Shown here: in pieces, positions 34,447-42,711 of the stretch | How the letters are laid out: each line of letters begins with the position of its first letter | How positions within the stretch are numbered: position 1 is the stretch's first letter | Source: a virus | Length of the DNA stretch: 64,000 nucleotides | Virus record (IMG/VR): IMGVR_UViG_3300002123_000001 | Reading direction: 5' to 3' (one strand) | Position numbers and translations under genes: made by a program | Notes under the pieces: generated by a model | The model's input: the letters and a program-made list of their open reading frames with translations, nothing else | Database searches by the model: none | What the model was told of the DNA's origin: nothing

Positions 34447-35739
34447 TCAGCCATTTTTTGCTTCTTCGACTTTGAACAGACCCCTCACCCGTGCTTCGAA
34501 CCACGAGTAGTGAATGCCCAGTGAAGCCAACAAGTGCATCGGCCGCTTCGCCATCCACTTGTACTTCTCCCAGAACATGCCCTCGTTGAACTCTCCCCGC
34601 GCGTCGTACATTGAAGGGAGCCGGTTGCCGTTCAAGGCCACCACACCCGCAACCGTGTTCATGAGCGCGTACTTGTCCAACAGGTAGGCATCAGTGACGC
34701 GCACGGAGTCAGACTCCTTGGTGAGAAGCTGCTTCAGCATCATCTCCACCTCCGCCGTCTGCGACTCGAAGGTGGGCTCGAACCTGCCTGGGATCACGGG
34801 AACCCGCTGCTGAACCTTGTTGTTGGTGATGAGCTCATCAATGCTGAGAGGCTCACACCGCGCTTCCACAATCTCCCGCTGCCTGGGGTTCTTGAGGATG
34901 TCCTCCGCCATCTTCCGACGGAACATGTCAAAGTCGACATCGTCCATCTTCGAGAGAGCAGTCTTCATCTCCTCGCTCAGACGAGCTCGATCCTCTTCGG
35001 TGACCGTGGGAAGCGGAGCCATCGCCCCGGTGTTTGCAGCAGCTGCAGCACCCTCTCGAGCCGGCGCCGTCAGGGGGTGATCTACATCCCCAACATCGCG
35101 TATGGCCACTTGCTGCTGCAAAGCCGCGAGCTGGGCCAAGTCCGCCTGCGTCTCCGATGCCGACCTGCGGAGGTTCTTCCGGAAGTCATCAGGGGCAGCA
35201 GGCGCCACAGGCTGGCTGTTCACCAACATCTGAGGAGGAATGTGCTGCCCCGCGCGAATGACCCCGTACTTCGCAGCCATGTGCGGCTGGTTCATCGCCA
35301 GCTGGCTAGATGCCCCCTGGTGATAGTTCGGGTCCTTCATCGCCTCCTGTGGCAGGACATCGTTCGGAAGGATGGCCATAGCAGGCTGCCTCGTCTGGGC
35401 CCCAAGCGGAGTTCCACCCGCTGAGATGATCGACCCTGCCCTCTGCTCATGCTGCGCGAAAGCCGCTTGCTGCACCCTTCCGCTGTCCGCTCCCATCGTG
35501 CCCATCGCCTGCGCCGCCATGGGCATCCCCTCCCGGTGCGGCTGCTCCAACGCAGGGATGGGCGGTGGTGGACCACCCGCAATCGGCGTGGTGTACCGAG
35601 GAAGCGCCGACTGCTGCCGACGCACCGCAGAGGTAGCCGCCAGCGCAGCCGCCCTCGGGTTCCTAGCTGCCAGCGCAGGGTCGATGTACGCCTGATTTCT
35701 GGCGTCGTGCTGGTTCAAGTCAGTGATTCCTTTAGGCAT
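34447..35739 (-). CDS. hypothetical protein, 430 aa
   Basis: SD GAAGGAGAGG; disordered N-terminal half, folded C-terminal half. Confidence 0.75.
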   Translation of the reverse strand: MPKGITDLNQHDARNQAYIDPALAARNPRAAALAATSAVRRQQSALPRYTTPIAGGPPPPIPALEQPHREGMPMAAQAMGTMGADSGRVQQAAFAQHEQRAGSIISAGGTPLGAQTRQPAMAILPNDVLPQEAMKDPNYHQGASSQLAMNQPHMAAKYGVIRAGQHIPPQMLVNSQPVAPAAPDDFRKNLRRSASETQADLAQLAALQQQVAIRDVGDVDHPLTAPAREGAAAAANTGAMAPLPTVTEEDRARLSEEMKTALSKMDDVDFDMFRRKMAEDILKNPRQREIVEARCEPLSIDELITNNKVQQRVPVIPGRFEPTFESQTAEVEMMLKQLLTKESDSVRVTDAYLLDKYALMNTVAGVVALNGNRLPSMYDARGEFNEGMFWEKYKWMAKRPMHLLASLGIHYSWFEARVRGLFKVEEAKNG

Positions 35740-35792
35740 GCCTCTCCTTCAAGGGTGTACCATGTGCACCCATTCCAGGGCTAGAGAAAACG

Positions 35793-36224
35793 TCAGGCCG
35801 GCCGAAGTTTCCTCAGCTCAGAGAACAACTCCAACAGTTTCATGGTCTTGGGGACCTTGTGCAGAACCGCCACCTTGACCCCGCGCAAGTGGGGCCGCGG
35901 GGATGCTGCATCTCCGCATGCGGCGTCGAGGATCAGGTAGTTGGGCCCCAGCATCTCGGAGACCGGCATCCCTTGAAGCTGCTGCAGCCCGCGAGTGTGG
36001 TCCCAATAGAGCTTCTCGATCTCGAAGATGGTGACGACCACCTCCCCGTCGTGCAGCGTGCGTCGCTGCTGACGAACCCCCTCGGCTCGTGCCACGCGTT
36101 GGTTCAGCCGATAGAGTCCCCACCCGTTGGGGGTTTCCAGAAGCCGGGGTGCGGCTCTCCAGGTGATGGCGGTATTTCCGCCACTCGTTGCACTATCATG
36201 TTCGTGCGTTTGCATGCTGGGCAC
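35793..36224 (-). CDS. hypothetical protein (start uncertain: 36224, 36215 or 36095)
   Basis: ORF overlaps the 3' end of 36104..36379. Confidence 0.5.
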   Translation of the reverse strand: MPSMQTHEHDSATSGGNTAITWRAAPRLLETPNGWGLYRLNQRVARAEGVRQQRRTLHDGEVVVTIFEIEKLYWDHTRGLQQLQGMPVSEMLGPNYLILDAACGDAASPRPHLRGVKVAVLHKVPKTMKLLELFSELRKLRPA

Positions 36225-36379
36225 CTTCCAAAGTTTGGGTTTCCTGGGTCAGACCACAACTTGTCTCCGGGCTTCAAGTTGTTCCCGTACTTGAATGTGA
36301 GAATGACGACCCGCCCACAGCTGCACTTCGCCTCCAGCTCCTTGAAGAACTCCTGAAGAGGGACGCCGTTGTCGGTCAC
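36104..36379 (-). CDS. zinc-ribbon protein, 91 aa
   Basis: GTG 36379 in GTGA overlap, AAGGAG 5 nt upstream; CSCG...CPAC. Confidence 0.6.
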   Translation of the reverse strand: MTDNGVPLQEFFKELEAKCSCGRVVILTFKYGNNLKPGDKLWSDPGNPNFGRCPACKRTNMIVQRVAEIPPSPGEPHPGFWKPPTGGDSIG

Positions 36380-36690
36380 TGAATCTCCTTGCTGCTCCAC
36401 AAGCAAGTAGAGCCGCAGCTGACTTGGTCGATGATACAGAACGGCACCGACAGCAGTGAGGCGCTGATGTTCATGATCATGAGAGTTGGTTGGCTGCCCG
36501 GGGTGCGACCATTCTCTGGAAGCACTGCCTTCAGAGCCTGCAAGCTCATGTCAGGGAAGGTGTATACCGCCCCGGTGTGCGTTCGTATCTCCACAGTACC
36601 CAGGTCATCCAGCGGGTCCTTCGTCAGCCCTGGATGTCCAAATCCGATGGGGAACTCACTACTGGGTTTCGAAGAAGTAGTCATCGACAA
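36376..36690 (-). CDS. hypothetical protein, 104 aa
   Basis: ATG ORF. Confidence 0.6.
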   Translation of the reverse strand: MSMTTSSKPSSEFPIGFGHPGLTKDPLDDLGTVEIRTHTGAVYTFPDMSLQALKAVLPENGRTPGSQPTLMIMNISASLLSVPFCIIDQVSCGSTCLWSSKEIQ

Positions 36691-37042
36691 GCGTCCATCC
36701 TAGCCGCATCCCGCGGTCGTTGGTGACCATGACACTGGTGGGGTTACTGGCTTTAGAAGCCAGCAGTGTGTCGACGTCAGCACGAGCTATTGGCCGGGTG
36801 ATGAGCTCGATCGCGTCGCTCAACGAAGGAGGCCAACTGTCTGGGAAGCGAACGCCGGGAGGGAGCGGGGCGTTCATCTCCTGCCAACGGATGGCTAAAA
36901 AATGGCGCGTGATGCCATTCTTCGTTTCTATCATCGAGAGGTACGCTGCCAGTTCCCTGGCGTGGTTGGGTTTTCCCTCTACCCCAACGCGCGCCAGGGC
37001 TACTAGGGCCTCATACTCTTCTTGGGTCAGAGTGATGTCCAT
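36659..37042 (-). CDS. hypothetical protein, 127 aa
   Basis: ATG 37042 after the kinase stop. Confidence 0.6.
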   Translation of the reverse strand: MDITLTQEEYEALVALARVGVEGKPNHARELAAYLSMIETKNGITRHFLAIRWQEMNAPLPPGVRFPDSWPPSLSDAIELITRPIARADVDTLLASKASNPTSVMVTNDRGMRLGWTLVDDYFFETQ

Positions 37043-37059
37043 ACCGGCAGCGTACCACA

Positions 37060-38004
37060 CTACTTATTGCGCATGAACGGAGGAACGTACTCCAACTCCG
37101 GGTTGTACGGGCGAATCTTCCCAGCCCTGACGTCTTCCTCGCGCTTCTTCAGCAGGTCAGCTGGGAGCTTCACCCCCAACGCTGGGAAGTCCAGCATCAT
37201 GAGACGGGTCTTGTTCTGCAGGTCAGGAACATCCTTGGACTTGCCCTCGATGACGTAGTCGAAGGCGGAGTCAGGGACATCCACCAGGTCGTTCTCCGAC
37301 TGATGCTCAGAGCCTACGGAGATCTCCGGCACTGGCCTCTTGATCCTGACGATGTAGCCGCCCCCATCCTGCACGTAGTTCATCTCTGTCTTGAAGCGCA
37401 GGTCGTTGATGACCACGTTGACCTTCGGCCGCATCATGCTGTCCTGCACCACGTGGCTGGACACCGTTGATGAGAACTGCAGCCCACGCTTCTGGTCGTA
37501 GTGACAACCGCCTTCCTGCAGGCAAGCTGCTACGCGCATCAAGTACGCTGCCCACACGTTCTCATAACAGGCTCTAGCCCATTCCGTACCCAGTGTTTGA
37601 AGGGCGTAGCGCGGGGTAAGGTACTCGACGAATACTCTCTCGTACTCCGCCGCGATGGACGCCTCAATCTCTTCTTTGGTGGGATAACGACTCTCCACCG
37701 CGGCGTTAAGATAGGCGAGGCAACGTCCATCCTCGTAAGCCATGCCGTCTTCTACGCCGTGCGGCGCCCTCCGACGACGGATGTAGCGCTTATCGGGATC
37801 GTTACGGTACTTCGACTCACCCCACACCTGGTCGTCGCTGAAGTTGAACACGTCCTGCACGAAGCGCTTCATCGGATCGGCGAACCCGATCTTCACGAAG
37901 CTGAAATGCTCCAGCAGAACGTTCGCCACGGTGTCCTTACCGGCACCGGCGCTGCACTTGTTGCCTTGCGGGTCGTAGCAGAGACCGCTGAGTGCGATGA
38001 TCAT
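37060..38004 (-). CDS. deoxynucleoside monophosphate kinase (T4 gp1-like), 314 aa
   Basis: GAGKDT P-loop, TPRYALQTLGTEWAR, VINDLRFKTE, IVRIKRP, SEHQSEN - same order as T4 dNMP kinase. Confidence 0.7.
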   Translation of the reverse strand: MIIALSGLCYDPQGNKCSAGAGKDTVANVLLEHFSFVKIGFADPMKRFVQDVFNFSDDQVWGESKYRNDPDKRYIRRRRAPHGVEDGMAYEDGRCLAYLNAAVESRYPTKEEIEASIAAEYERVFVEYLTPRYALQTLGTEWARACYENVWAAYLMRVAACLQEGGCHYDQKRGLQFSSTVSSHVVQDSMMRPKVNVVINDLRFKTEMNYVQDGGGYIVRIKRPVPEISVGSEHQSENDLVDVPDSAFDYVIEGKSKDVPDLQNKTRLMMLDFPALGVKLPADLLKKREEDVRAGKIRPYNPELEYVPPFMRNK

Positions 38005-38417
38005 GAAACCTCCTCGCAGAAAACGTCGATGCCCATATCCTGTAGGGTTTGAAGACTGTCCCTTATCCGGTACTCACGGGCGTAGTAGAGGCGTTCTACC
38101 CCACCCAAGTTGATGAGGCGCTTGGCGCACATCGGGCAGGGAATATCGGTGACGAACACCACCTTCGGCACATACCTCGGCGTCGAGCAGTTGATGATGG
38201 CGTTCTCTTCAGCGTGCAGGTCCCCGCAGTCACCTGGTGTTGTTCGGTCACACCGGTTTGGAAGACCAGCGGCGTTGCCGTTGTAGCCGACTCCATAGAC
38301 GTACCGGTAGTCGTTACTAGTGATGACGCACCCAACCTGAAGTCGGGAGCACGTGCTTCGCTCAGCCAGCATGAAGGCCAAGCGCATGTAGATGCTTTGA
38401 AAGGTGGGTCTGCTCAC
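38001..38417 (-). CDS. dCMP deaminase, 138 aa
   Basis: HAEENAI and PCPMCAKRLI zinc-binding motifs; ATGA overlap with kinase. Confidence 0.88.
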   Translation of the reverse strand: MSRPTFQSIYMRLAFMLAERSTCSRLQVGCVITSNDYRYVYGVGYNGNAAGLPNRCDRTTPGDCGDLHAEENAIINCSTPRYVPKVVFVTDIPCPMCAKRLINLGGVERLYYAREYRIRDSLQTLQDMGIDVFCEEVS

Positions 38418-38929
38418 TGGTTTGGCTCCCCCATGTCATACAGGCGGTGAGACAAGATCATCTTTGTGGTTTCGGCAACGGTGCCACCAAACATCCCGGT
38501 TTGATGGAACGAGAGCAAGCGCTGAAATGCCAGTGGTTCAAGCGTGACCGTCACCGTCCACTCCAAGTCCTTGGGTTCTGCAGTAGGAAGGGCGCCGACC
38601 TTATCTAGATCTGTGAACACCGCGTCCAACTCACGAAGGTACCGAGCGTCGTGTGGCTTCAGCTCCAACTTATTGGAGAACCGATGGTGGTGATGGTACG
38701 GAGATTCATGAGTCGTGTTGAAGGCCGCTCCTATCTCTGTGTACCCCAGGGCTGTGCGCTCTCTGGCGTAGTACATGATGAGGGACCTGGACAACAGCAC
38801 GAGACGCTGACGCGCGTTAGAAAAGGCATCCTCTACGCGCATATGCAGGTGGTTACACACCACCATGGCGATCGGCATCAGCATCTCCCGGTAGTGCGCC
38901 TGCCGCTCTTCTGCTAGCTTACTGGGCAT
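38414..38929 (-). CDS. DnaA domain-IV-like DNA-binding protein, 171 aa
   Basis: RQRLVLLSRSLIMYYARERTALGYTEIGAAFNTTHESPYHHHHRF resembles the DnaA C-terminal HTH. Confidence 0.45.
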   Translation of the reverse strand: MPSKLAEERQAHYREMLMPIAMVVCNHLHMRVEDAFSNARQRLVLLSRSLIMYYARERTALGYTEIGAAFNTTHESPYHHHHRFSNKLELKPHDARYLRELDAVFTDLDKVGALPTAEPKDLEWTVTVTLEPLAFQRLLSFHQTGMFGGTVAETTKMILSHRLYDMGEPNQ

Positions 38930-39365
38930 GAACGACCTGACGGTGCAGGGTCATGAGTATGTCCTGCGGGACGCCCGTGAGACACTTCCCGCGTTGTACG
39001 ATGTGTGGAAGAAGGAGGGGCGCATCGACTCCTTCGTCCTGATCTGGCCGCGCAAGCGGGTCCAGTGGCTGGGGATGAACACCAACCAGTCCGTTGGCTT
39101 CGACATGCCAAAGGAACGAGGCGAGTGGGCCAAGTTCCTGGCGGAGAAGGCTCTGCAGAACGCAGCCTTCGCTCTTCTCCTGGTCGAGCAACGGGATCAT
39201 GAAGTAGTGGCCATAATGGAATCGAGGGCAGGCGCCAACAGCTGGCACCTGCCCATCGAAAACCATGGCGACGTCGCCATACTCGGAGCGCCCGAGGAGA
39301 AGGCCGACGCCGATCACATCGGCTTGCTGTGGTCGCCTACCGCACCGGCAGCCCGGGGAGCGTAG
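38928..39365 (+). CDS. hypothetical protein, 145 aa
   Basis: High third-position GC in this frame; start codon shares CATG with the divergent gene. Confidence 0.6.
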   Translation: MNDLTVQGHEYVLRDARETLPALYDVWKKEGRIDSFVLIWPRKRVQWLGMNTNQSVGFDMPKERGEWAKFLAEKALQNAAFALLLVEQRDHEVVAIMESRAGANSWHLPIENHGDVAILGAPEEKADADHIGLLWSPTAPAARGA

Positions 39366-40005
39366 ACGGCATTCCAGGCATCGCCGACTGCAGACCCTGC
39401 GGAGCCGTAGTCTCCGAGACCCCGTTCCCGCTCGAGGCCGCGTTGGCCACCGCGGTGTTGAGGTCGGTCTTCAGCGCACCCATGCCACCCACGATCTCGA
39501 GCAGCCGAGCTGACGCCGCGGCGGACAACTGCTCGTAGATGGTGTTGCTGTTGCCAAACACCTGCGCGGCGCTCCTGGACTCGTTCACGGCCCGGAGCAG
39601 AAGGTCCGCCTGAACACCGGCGCTGTTCACTGCGTCCACACCGGCCTGCACCACAGGGTCGACGCCCTCGGTGGTGGCCGCCCGCTTGGCCGCCGGACCA
39701 GGCTTCGACGCCGCCTTCTTCTTCCGACCACGACCCGGCCCCGGACCGGCCGCAGTTGCCGCCGCTGCCTTCGGCTCCGCCACCGGGGCCGCCTTCTTCG
39801 CGGCCTTCTTGGCCACCTTCTTCGCGGCCGCCTTCGGCGCCGCCGCAGCCGCCGGCTCCGCACCGAAATGCTTGTCCGCGATCTTGCGGGCCGCGTTCTT
39901 CTCTTCCTCGGTCATGTCCTTGAACTTGCCAATGCCCCGACGGGCACCGGTGACGCTCTCGTACTTGCCGTTCTTCAGGTTGTCCTTGAACTGTGCAAAA
40001 CTCAT
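39337..40005 (-). CDS. histone H1/AlgP-like Lys-Ala-rich DNA-binding protein, 222 aa
   Basis: AAPKAAAKKVAKKAAKKAAPVAEPKAAA...GRGRKKKAASKPGPAAKR. Confidence 0.6.
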   Translation of the reverse strand: MSFAQFKDNLKNGKYESVTGARRGIGKFKDMTEEEKNAARKIADKHFGAEPAAAAAPKAAAKKVAKKAAKKAAPVAEPKAAAATAAGPGPGRGRKKKAASKPGPAAKRAATTEGVDPVVQAGVDAVNSAGVQADLLLRAVNESRSAAQVFGNSNTIYEQLSAAASARLLEIVGGMGALKTDLNTAVANAASSGNGVSETTAPQGLQSAMPGMPSTLPGLPVR

Positions 40006-40241
40006 CTGTTCATCTCCTCGAGCAGTTCCTGATAGGCGAAAGAGGCCGCCTTTTCGCCTTGTTCCAGCGCCTCAATGATATGGCGCAACTTGTTGCGGGG
40101 TAGCGGCATCGTGCGGTTCCCAATGCGTAGCGCCACCCCAATCACGGTACGGTCCTGATAGTCCGTTCGGGTAACCAGAACTGCCCCGCTGTTCTTTCTG
40201 TCGTCGCTGAGAAACGGGATGGTCGTGAGTACCTTGTTCAT
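40002..40241 (-). CDS. hypothetical protein, 79 aa
   Basis: ATG ORF behind a sigma70-like promoter. Confidence 0.65.
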   Translation of the reverse strand: MNKVLTTIPFLSDDRKNSGAVLVTRTDYQDRTVIGVALRIGNRTMPLPRNKLRHIIEALEQGEKAASFAYQELLEEMNR

Positions 40242-40261
40242 GGTTCCACGGCCGAGGCTTT

Positions 40262-40290
40262 GGTATAAGTCCGCCGGCCCTATTGTTCAA
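40262..40290 (-). promoter_or_regulatory. sigma70-like promoter for 40002..40241
   Basis: Minus strand TTGAAC (40290-40285), 17 nt, TATACC (40267-40262). Confidence 0.4.
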
Positions 40291-40293
40291 CAG

Positions 40294-40315
40294 AAAAAGA
40301 AGAGCTTTACTCTTC
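40294..40315 (-). terminator. Intrinsic terminator
   Basis: Minus strand GAAGAG-TAAAG-CTCTTC followed by TTTTT. Confidence 0.6.
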
Positions 40316-40353
40316 CCCGGATGTTTTACCGTACTTTGGCTGGTTGTTTCAAC

Positions 40354-40389
40354 AAGTGGGCCGAGGCCCCGAAGGACCCCGGCCCACTT
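40354..40389. terminator. Long GC hairpin after 40418..41446
   Basis: AAGTGGGCCG (40354-40363) pairs with CGGCCCACTT (40380-40389), plus inner G-C pairs. Confidence 0.55.
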
Positions 40390-40417
40390 GTGCCGCTTTC
40401 TACGCGGAGGGCTCAGG

Positions 40418-41446
40418 TCAGGCCGCCACGCTCTCGTAGTAGATGGCGTAGTCCTGAGTGCCGTTCGGAGCCGAGTTCGGCCAGTACGAGCCGTACTGGC
40501 CGTTCCCCTCACCCTCGGTAACCGCTGCGGTCAGCCCGAGGATGGCGAGGGAAGTACTGGACGCCTTGATGTCGATCTTGCTGGTCGGCCCCGTCGTTGG
40601 GCTGGTCAACATCAAGTAGTTGGTGCTGGCCGTGGCGAACCCAGCTCCGCACACCGCGTTGATCGCCACCAGGATGGCAGCCAGGTCCGCCGGAGTGGCG
40701 AAAGTAACGGTGAGATCCGCCCCACCGTCGATCGCCACCACCAGCGTCTCCGTGGTCGGCATCGCCGGGACCGGGGTGACGAGGTCCACCGTGCCCGTGA
40801 CGGAAGCTGCCGTGCCCGCCGCCGCCGCCAAGAACGTACCGTTGGTGACCACGGAGCCAACCGCAATCTCCTTGATGGCCGTAGTCAGACCAGCTCGGGT
40901 CTTGATGGGCTGGCTGAGTCCGATCTTGCTCCCGAGACCGATGGCCAGCGTGGCACCCACGCCCTGACCGACGGTGAGCGTGATGCTGTCGATGTCGGTG
41001 AAGAAGTTGACGGTGTGCACCGCGCCCGCCGTCTGCATCAGCGTTCGAACCTCCGTCAGTGGCTCTCCCCGAAGACCCTTCCCCACAACAGTGGCCTGCG
41101 CCGGCTGATGTGCCGCAGTACCACCTGCTGTGGTGAACACGATCTGACGCGGGGCCGCCTGCAGGTTGGTGATGGTCGCCTGCGTGAGAACTCCCACCGC
41201 CGGCGTGACGCCGGGGAGCAGAGTCCGCGCCGCGGCCTGCGACGCGGTAGCTGCCATCATGTTGTTGGCTGCGGCTGCCAGCGCGTTGGTGAACTCCTCT
41301 ACCACGATGGAAGCAAGCGGAGCCAACGCGAGCGCGATGTCCCTTCGAAGGTCACCTACTTCACCCGGAAGACCCGACTTGCCCGGAGCGGCATAGCTCG
41401 GGTTCACGGCACGTGCATTGCTGAAAAGACCAGATCCGACTGTCAT
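40418..41446 (-). CDS. virion structural protein with one IN-like repeat unit, 342 aa
   Basis: ATG 41446 after AGGAGGAGCAAC; monocistronic between divergent promoter region and double terminator; aa 249-322 of the ORF match the sheath repeat. Confidence 0.7.
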   Translation of the reverse strand: MTVGSGLFSNARAVNPSYAAPGKSGLPGEVGDLRRDIALALAPLASIVVEEFTNALAAAANNMMAATASQAAARTLLPGVTPAVGVLTQATITNLQAAPRQIVFTTAGGTAAHQPAQATVVGKGLRGEPLTEVRTLMQTAGAVHTVNFFTDIDSITLTVGQGVGATLAIGLGSKIGLSQPIKTRAGLTTAIKEIAVGSVVTNGTFLAAAAGTAASVTGTVDLVTPVPAMPTTETLVVAIDGGADLTVTFATPADLAAILVAINAVCGAGFATASTNYLMLTSPTTGPTSKIDIKASSTSLAILGLTAAVTEGEGNGQYGSYWPNSAPNGTQDYAIYYESVAA

Positions 41447-41481
41447 GTTGCTCCTCCTGCTGGTGCAGCTTAGCTCGAGTA

Positions 41482-41534
41482 CACAGTTTCCCACCGGAAC
41501 CCGGCATAAGAGAATCGAGGGAAGAATAAGGAGG
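41482..41534 (+). promoter_or_regulatory. P6, weaker cassette promoter motif plus SD
   Basis: CACAGT 41482-41487, N17, CATAAG 41505-41510; AAGGAGG 41528-41534. Confidence 0.45.
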
Positions 41535-41538
41535 CTCT

Positions 41539-41790
41539 GTGGATCCCAACGAACTACTTCTTCGGCTGCTCACCAACTGCAAGGCCATGCGGGTCACGCT
41601 CGATAGAACGGACGACCCGGTGGCCGAGTTCGAAAGGCAGATGGAAAACGGCATCGTGGAGGACGTCGACCAGATTGTGGAAGACGTGCTCAACCTTACA
41701 ACTTGGCTTTCCAACGGCGGCTTCGCCCCCGACTGGGCAGCCCACCATGACACCCTGCCACCAGCTGCGGAGAGAGACGATGTCTACTAG
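41539..41790 (+). CDS. hypothetical acidic protein, 83 aa
   Basis: GTG start 4 nt after AAGGAGG. Confidence 0.65.
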   Translation: MDPNELLLRLLTNCKAMRVTLDRTDDPVAEFERQMENGIVEDVDQIVEDVLNLTTWLSNGGFAPDWAAHHDTLPPAAERDDVY

Positions 41791-42124
41791 AGCGAAGTAC
41801 GTCGCAAACGTTGAAGCCCTCAACGACAAGCATGAACCCACGCACGTCAGCAAGGTCGAGTTCACTACTTCGGAGTTCAGCACCAGAGACATGGTTGAGA
41901 TTGGACACCCGCTGATAGTCATCCTTACGAATGGAAGCGCGCGAAAACTTTACGTGTACGCGCTGAGCAGCGGGCATCAGAGCGTGGCCTTGTCAGATAT
42001 CGCCAGGGAGAACAGCGACAAGAAAAACAGAGGAGGGGGATACTCCCCGTTCAAGGTGGTTGGCTTCGTCCACGTCGAAGAAGACTTGTGGCAGAAGCAA
42101 GCCTGGGTCATCCTACCCGGGTGA
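41780..42124 (+). CDS. hypothetical protein, 114 aa
   Basis: ATG 41780 (MSTRAKYVANVEAL), 11-nt overlap upstream. Confidence 0.6.
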   Translation: MSTRAKYVANVEALNDKHEPTHVSKVEFTTSEFSTRDMVEIGHPLIVILTNGSARKLYVYALSSGHQSVALSDIARENSDKKNRGGGYSPFKVVGFVHVEEDLWQKQAWVILPG

Positions 42125-42711
42125 GCCGAATCCTACGCGTGTACAAGTTGCGCATGTCGGCCGAGCGCGTTTGGCGCTTGGTCGACATGTACGCGCAGAT
42201 TCTCTCTTACTACCGGATTCGAGACGATGAGCTACAAGTTACCGTCGGTCAGGTTGTCGCCGCCATCATTGAAGACTTCGTCGAGCAACACGAAAAGTGG
42301 ATCGTGGCCGAGCACGCCAGATGCACTCAGCGTTTTGCCGAGGCTGGAGTCGCCGCAGTTCTTGCAGATCCCTCCCTTGCAACCGCCGCTACCACCGGAA
42401 CCCCCGCGTTTTCCTACATTCAACGAGCTGCTTTCGCCGCCGGCTCCCGCGGTGCGAAAGCGGCAAGAAGGGCTTTTCACATCCTTGATAAGAGATCCCG
42501 CCATCCTCTATCAGGAATACCTGGAACAGCCGGATATGTTCGAGGAGGAGACGGGACACCTCCTCCTGAAACTCGTTGGCCAACAGAAGAAGCTGGAGGA
42601 CCTGACGGACGACGAGATGAAGAAGCTGGACGAGGCCGTCGTCTCCTTCATCCAGTACACCCCCAAGAAGCCCGAGCCGAAGGAGCTCCCCAAACCCCTG
42701 GAGCTCGATGA
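42121..42711 (+). CDS. hypothetical protein, frame A (only about the first 75-110 codons look coding)
   Basis: GTG in GTGA overlap with upstream stop; third-position GC collapses after about 42470. Confidence 0.4.
   Translation: MSRILRVYKLRMSAERVWRLVDMYAQILSYYRIRDDELQVTVGQVVAAIIEDFVEQHEKWIVAEHARCTQRFAEAGVAAVLADPSLATAATTGTPAFSYIQRAAFAAGSRGAKAARRAFHILDKRSRHPLSGIPGTAGYVRGGDGTPPPETRWPTEEAGGPDGRRDEEAGRGRRLLHPVHPQEARAEGAPQTPGAR

Noticed and set aside
38853-38881. Cassette-type promoter upstream of the plus gene 38928..39365 (GGCATCAGC with TTACAC 17 nt upstream)
   Set aside because: It matches only 3-4 positions of each box and lacks the GTGGAGG box. It cannot be distinguished from chance inside a coding region.
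40283-41473. 396-aa plus-strand ORF, and similar long antisense ORFs (47922..49010, 54943..56001, 57800..58912, 61115..61825, 61970..62752, 11284..12081, 10109..10690, 4800..5450)
   Set aside because: These are Arg/Pro/Gly/His-rich shadow ORFs lying exactly antisense to, or out of frame with, better protein-like genes. This is typical of GC-rich DNA.
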